Source of the DNA: Candidatus Bathyarchaeota archaeon
Lineage (GTDB): Archaea; Thermoproteota; Bathyarchaeia; Bathyarchaeales; Bathycorpusculaceae
Assembly: GCA_963768425.1 (NCBI GenBank)
Contig: CAVYHV010000022.1
Location: 40,326-104,325, forward strand
DNA: 64,000 bases
Direction: 5' to 3'
Part shown: piece after piece, positions 61,349 through 64,000 of the stretch
How positions within the stretch are numbered: position 1 is the first letter of the stretch
Layout: every line of letters starts with the position of its first letter
The notes under the pieces: generated by a model
The model's database searches: none
What the model was told of the DNA's origin: nothing
What the model saw: only the letters and a program-made list of their open reading frames with translations
Position numbers and translations under genes: made by a program

Positions 61349-61720
61349 TTAGAACCACATAGTAGCGTTAGCACTTAAGGCCAAGTCGTTTAGCGTTGCT
61401 GCCCCCACGATTTTTACTCCTGGAATGAGGGTTACTTTGTCCCATCCTAACATCTGTTTGGAGGCTTCACATACGTCGATTTCGATCCCCATTTGTAGAG
61501 TCTTTTGGATCATTTCTGCAACGCTGGGGAAAGTACCTAGCTTTATCTTTTCAGCTGCTCCCGGAAGCAGTATTCTTAGGCTTTGACCTAGAAAGTAGAC
61601 TTTAGGGTTTAAGCCCATAGCTTTGGCTGTTTGCGCTAAAACTAAAGGAGAATATTGTCTTTCAGGATTGTCACTAGTTTGTACATACAAAATAAATTTT
61701 TCGTCTTTCAATAAAATCAC
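61349..61720 (-). CDS. DsrE-family protein
   Basis: PERQYSPLVLA, IDVCEAS and IVGAATL motifs. Confidence 0.82.
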   Translation of the reverse strand: MILLKDEKFILYVQTSDNPERQYSPLVLAQTAKAMGLNPKVYFLGQSLRILLPGAAEKIKLGTFPSVAEMIQKTLQMGIEIDVCEASKQMLGWDKVTLIPGVKIVGAATLNDLALSANATMWF

Positions 61721-62045
61721 CTAAAATATTTACCTGCTATTACAATTATTCGTTCATAGAAATAAATATAACGCGGTTATTCAAAGAATTTTGATGTTAA
61801 GTAGCCTAAGAATCATCTTAAATGGATACGCCACAGTTTCTAAGGAGCGTTTGGCCATAGTCATAATTATTAATAATAGTTGCAAAAATAAACTGAATTA
61901 GGAAATGGCGGGTCATTGAAGTCTATCTCTTGGTCTTGGCAAGTCGGTTTCTCTTTTGCTTTCGTTGCTGAAGATACAATCTACGTTGTTATTGTTCCAT
62001 TGCTCGTCGATGGGGTCAGCGACTCTTTTATGAGTTGTCGCGAAG

Positions 62046-62996
62046 TTACTTAGAGAGGAATCTCCAGGAGAGAACTATCCCAATCGCAGATAATATTATC
62101 GCAAATCCTATCACGACCGCGAAGTCAAGCAAGAGATTATTCATGCCTGTAGCTCCAATCAACACTTGTCTTATTCCGTCAACTGCATAGCTTACCGGGT
62201 TAACTTTTACAACGTCTTGAAGCCAAGCTGGCATTATTTTTACCGGAAACAATGCGTTACTTGCAAATAGCAGTGGGAGGTTGAGTAGGTTTATGATTGC
62301 CATTTGTGTTTGCCAATCACCTGACCTTAGCGCGAGCACAGTGAACAACGCAGATAACCCGACAGCCATAAGAAAGATAATGACGAAAGCACCAGCGATT
62401 CCTTGAGGGGTAAAATGCGCCGTATCCATCCCGAGAGCTACTGCAATCACTAGAACCACGGCTGCTTGTATCAGAGACCTACCGACGCTCTGTAGGATTT
62501 TGCCCATAACAATTGATCCGCGTGCAACTGGTGTGCTCAGAGCTTTGTTTAGGAACCCGAATCTGCGGTCGAAGACTACGGACATTCCGCTGAACGCTGA
62601 AGTGAAAAGGACTATGAAAGCAAGCATTCCGCATGATAAGAAGGAGAAGTAGCTTGTTGTTCCGAAAAAGCTCTTCAAAATTATGTCCTGTTGTGCTATG
62701 GTGGCTCCTGACCCGGCGATGAAGGATCCAAAGTTCAGGGCTTTGCCGAACAAGCCAAGCCAGATAATTGGTTGAATCAGTGACACAAAGAGTTGTATTG
62801 GGTTAGTGTACCACTTTCGAAGGTCTCTGTTTGTCAGCGCCCATAATCCGTGAAAGGGACTCCTGCTGAGCTTGGGTGTTTTCCTAAATTTTTGTTCGCG
62901 CTCGGCCGAAACTTGTTCGGGAGTTTTGGCTTGCCCTTCAGGGTCTTTTGAAGCGTGGATTTCAGTGTTTGCCTTGTCTCTGTCCATGATTGTCAC
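62046..62996 (-). CDS. ABC-2 permease (DrrB-like)
   Basis: SLIQPIIWL, DRRFGFL...TPV and NPVSYAVDG motifs. Confidence 0.88.
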   Translation of the reverse strand: MTIMDRDKANTEIHASKDPEGQAKTPEQVSAEREQKFRKTPKLSRSPFHGLWALTNRDLRKWYTNPIQLFVSLIQPIIWLGLFGKALNFGSFIAGSGATIAQQDIILKSFFGTTSYFSFLSCGMLAFIVLFTSAFSGMSVVFDRRFGFLNKALSTPVARGSIVMGKILQSVGRSLIQAAVVLVIAVALGMDTAHFTPQGIAGAFVIIFLMAVGLSALFTVLALRSGDWQTQMAIINLLNLPLLFASNALFPVKIMPAWLQDVVKVNPVSYAVDGIRQVLIGATGMNNLLLDFAVVIGFAIILSAIGIVLSWRFLSK

Positions 62997-62997
62997 C

Positions 62998-64000
62998 TTA
63001 GGACCTTGCTCTCCTCATAGTTACCCGTTGACGGAACATTGTCAGCTTATCGACTTCCTCCTCTCTGAGGTTGCGACCTGTTAATTCGAGGTAGGCTTCG
63101 TCTAAGGTGGGCTTTGTCAGAGAGATTCTGGTGACGTGCATTCCCTTGGATCGGATCAGGTCGGTTATCTGGGGAGATGCTTCTTCCCCATCGTTCACCT
63201 TGATCCTGTAATTGCGGTCTTGCCTCTTGACTTCTCTTACAAGTTGGATTTCGGCTATGTCGGATGATATGTCTGGCTCGTTTTCTTTTATGTCAACGAC
63301 TATGACGTCTCCACCTACGCTTTGTTTGAGTTCTTCTGGTGAGCCGATCTTTACTATTTGGCCGTGATCTATTATGGCTACTCTTTCGCAAAGAGAATCG
63401 GCTTCTTCAAGGTAGTGGGTGGTGAGAAAAAGCGTCATTTGGTACTCTTCCTTCAGTGTCTTAATGTATTTCCAAACTGCAGTTCGCGTTTGAACATCAA
63501 GACCCAGTGTGGGTTCATCAAGGAAAAGCAGTTTCGGGTAGTTGATCAGGCCGCAGGCGAGCTCTAGACGCCTTCTCATTCCTCCTGAATACGTGGAGAC
63601 TTTCCTGTTCGCCGCGTCTTCAAGCTCGACAAGTTTTAGAAGCTCTTTTGCGTGTGCCTTCGAATCGCTTCTAGGCATTCCGTAAAGGTCTGCGCAGAGA
63701 AGGATGTTGTTGATTCCTGACATGTCCTCGTCCGCCGTGTATTCCTGCGGGACAACTCCAACGTTTCTCCGCACTTCGTTTGCGTCTTTGAATATGCTGA
63801 ATCCGCAAACCATAGCTTTTCCAGACGTGGGCTTCAGGAGGGTCGTTAGCATGTTGATGGTGGTAGTTTTGCCAGCGCCGTTGGGTCCGAGAAAACCGAA
63901 GATTTCTCCTTCTTTAACAGTGAAGCTTACATTATCAACAGCCTTGAGGCTTCCGAAGGTTTTCGAAAGGTTTTCAACCGTAATTATGTTCGAAGTTGAC
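62998..64000 (-). CDS. ABC ATP-binding protein (DrrA-like); starts just beyond the window edge
   Basis: GPNGAGKTT, YSGGMRRRL, DEPT and THYLEEA; the frame is open to the window end. Confidence 0.92.
   Translation of the reverse strand, partial: STSNIITVENLSKTFGSLKAVDNVSFTVKEGEIFGFLGPNGAGKTTTINMLTTLLKPTSGKAMVCGFSIFKDANEVRRNVGVVPQEYTADEDMSGINNILLCADLYGMPRSDSKAHAKELLKLVELEDAANRKVSTYSGGMRRRLELACGLINYPKLLFLDEPTLGLDVQTRTAVWKYIKTLKEEYQMTLFLTTHYLEEADSLCERVAIIDHGQIVKIGSPEELKQSVGGDVIVVDIKENEPDISSDIAEIQLVREVKRQDRNYRIKVNDGEEASPQITDLIRSKGMHVTRISLTKPTLDEAYLELTGRNLREEEVDKLTMFRQRVTMRRARS

Noticed and set aside
269-63567. Numerous antisense or overlapping ORFs in the track (e.g. 16038..16541, 28759..29331, 51185..51724, 56957..57511)
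   Set aside because: They are shadows of well-supported genes on the other strand or frame and carry no motifs of their own.

Overview
Archaeal chromosomal segment, most likely Candidatus Bathyarchaeia (inferred from the archaeal five-subunit CODH/ACS operon, Ftr and F420 genes, deoxyhypusine synthases, a tRNA with a non-canonical intron and frequent TTG/GTG starts). From left to right it carries: a phosphoesterase-HD fusion gene; tRNA-Gly(CCC) with an intron; an early purine cluster (purM-purS-purL-purQ, converging on purF-purD-HAD-ftr-like-pfkB); the cooC-cooC-cdhABCDE operon; a metal/redox accessory block around copA; a P-type H+-ATPase; an F420 block (frhB-like, metF-like, cofE, SCP2, cofC); a GCS2/RLAN/RimK ligase block; two DHS paralogues; argS; ABC transporters; and dsrE-tusA-iscS-iscU. 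About 15 apparent single-base frameshifts, several in core genes, look like assembly indels. The strongest lead is the purine cluster. It encodes steps 1, 2, 4 and 5 but no PurN/PurT, and a HAD phosphatase, an Ftr-family formyltransferase and a PfkB kinase are tightly coupled behind purD. This suggests an undescribed methanopterin-dependent route for GAR formylation. Other leads are a helically phased GACTC array, a triple palindromic operator, an IscS lacking its PLP lysine and coupled to DsrE/TusA, a MetF-like gene among F420 genes, and integration scars at tRNA sequences. All family assignments come from motif recognition by eye; no searches were run.
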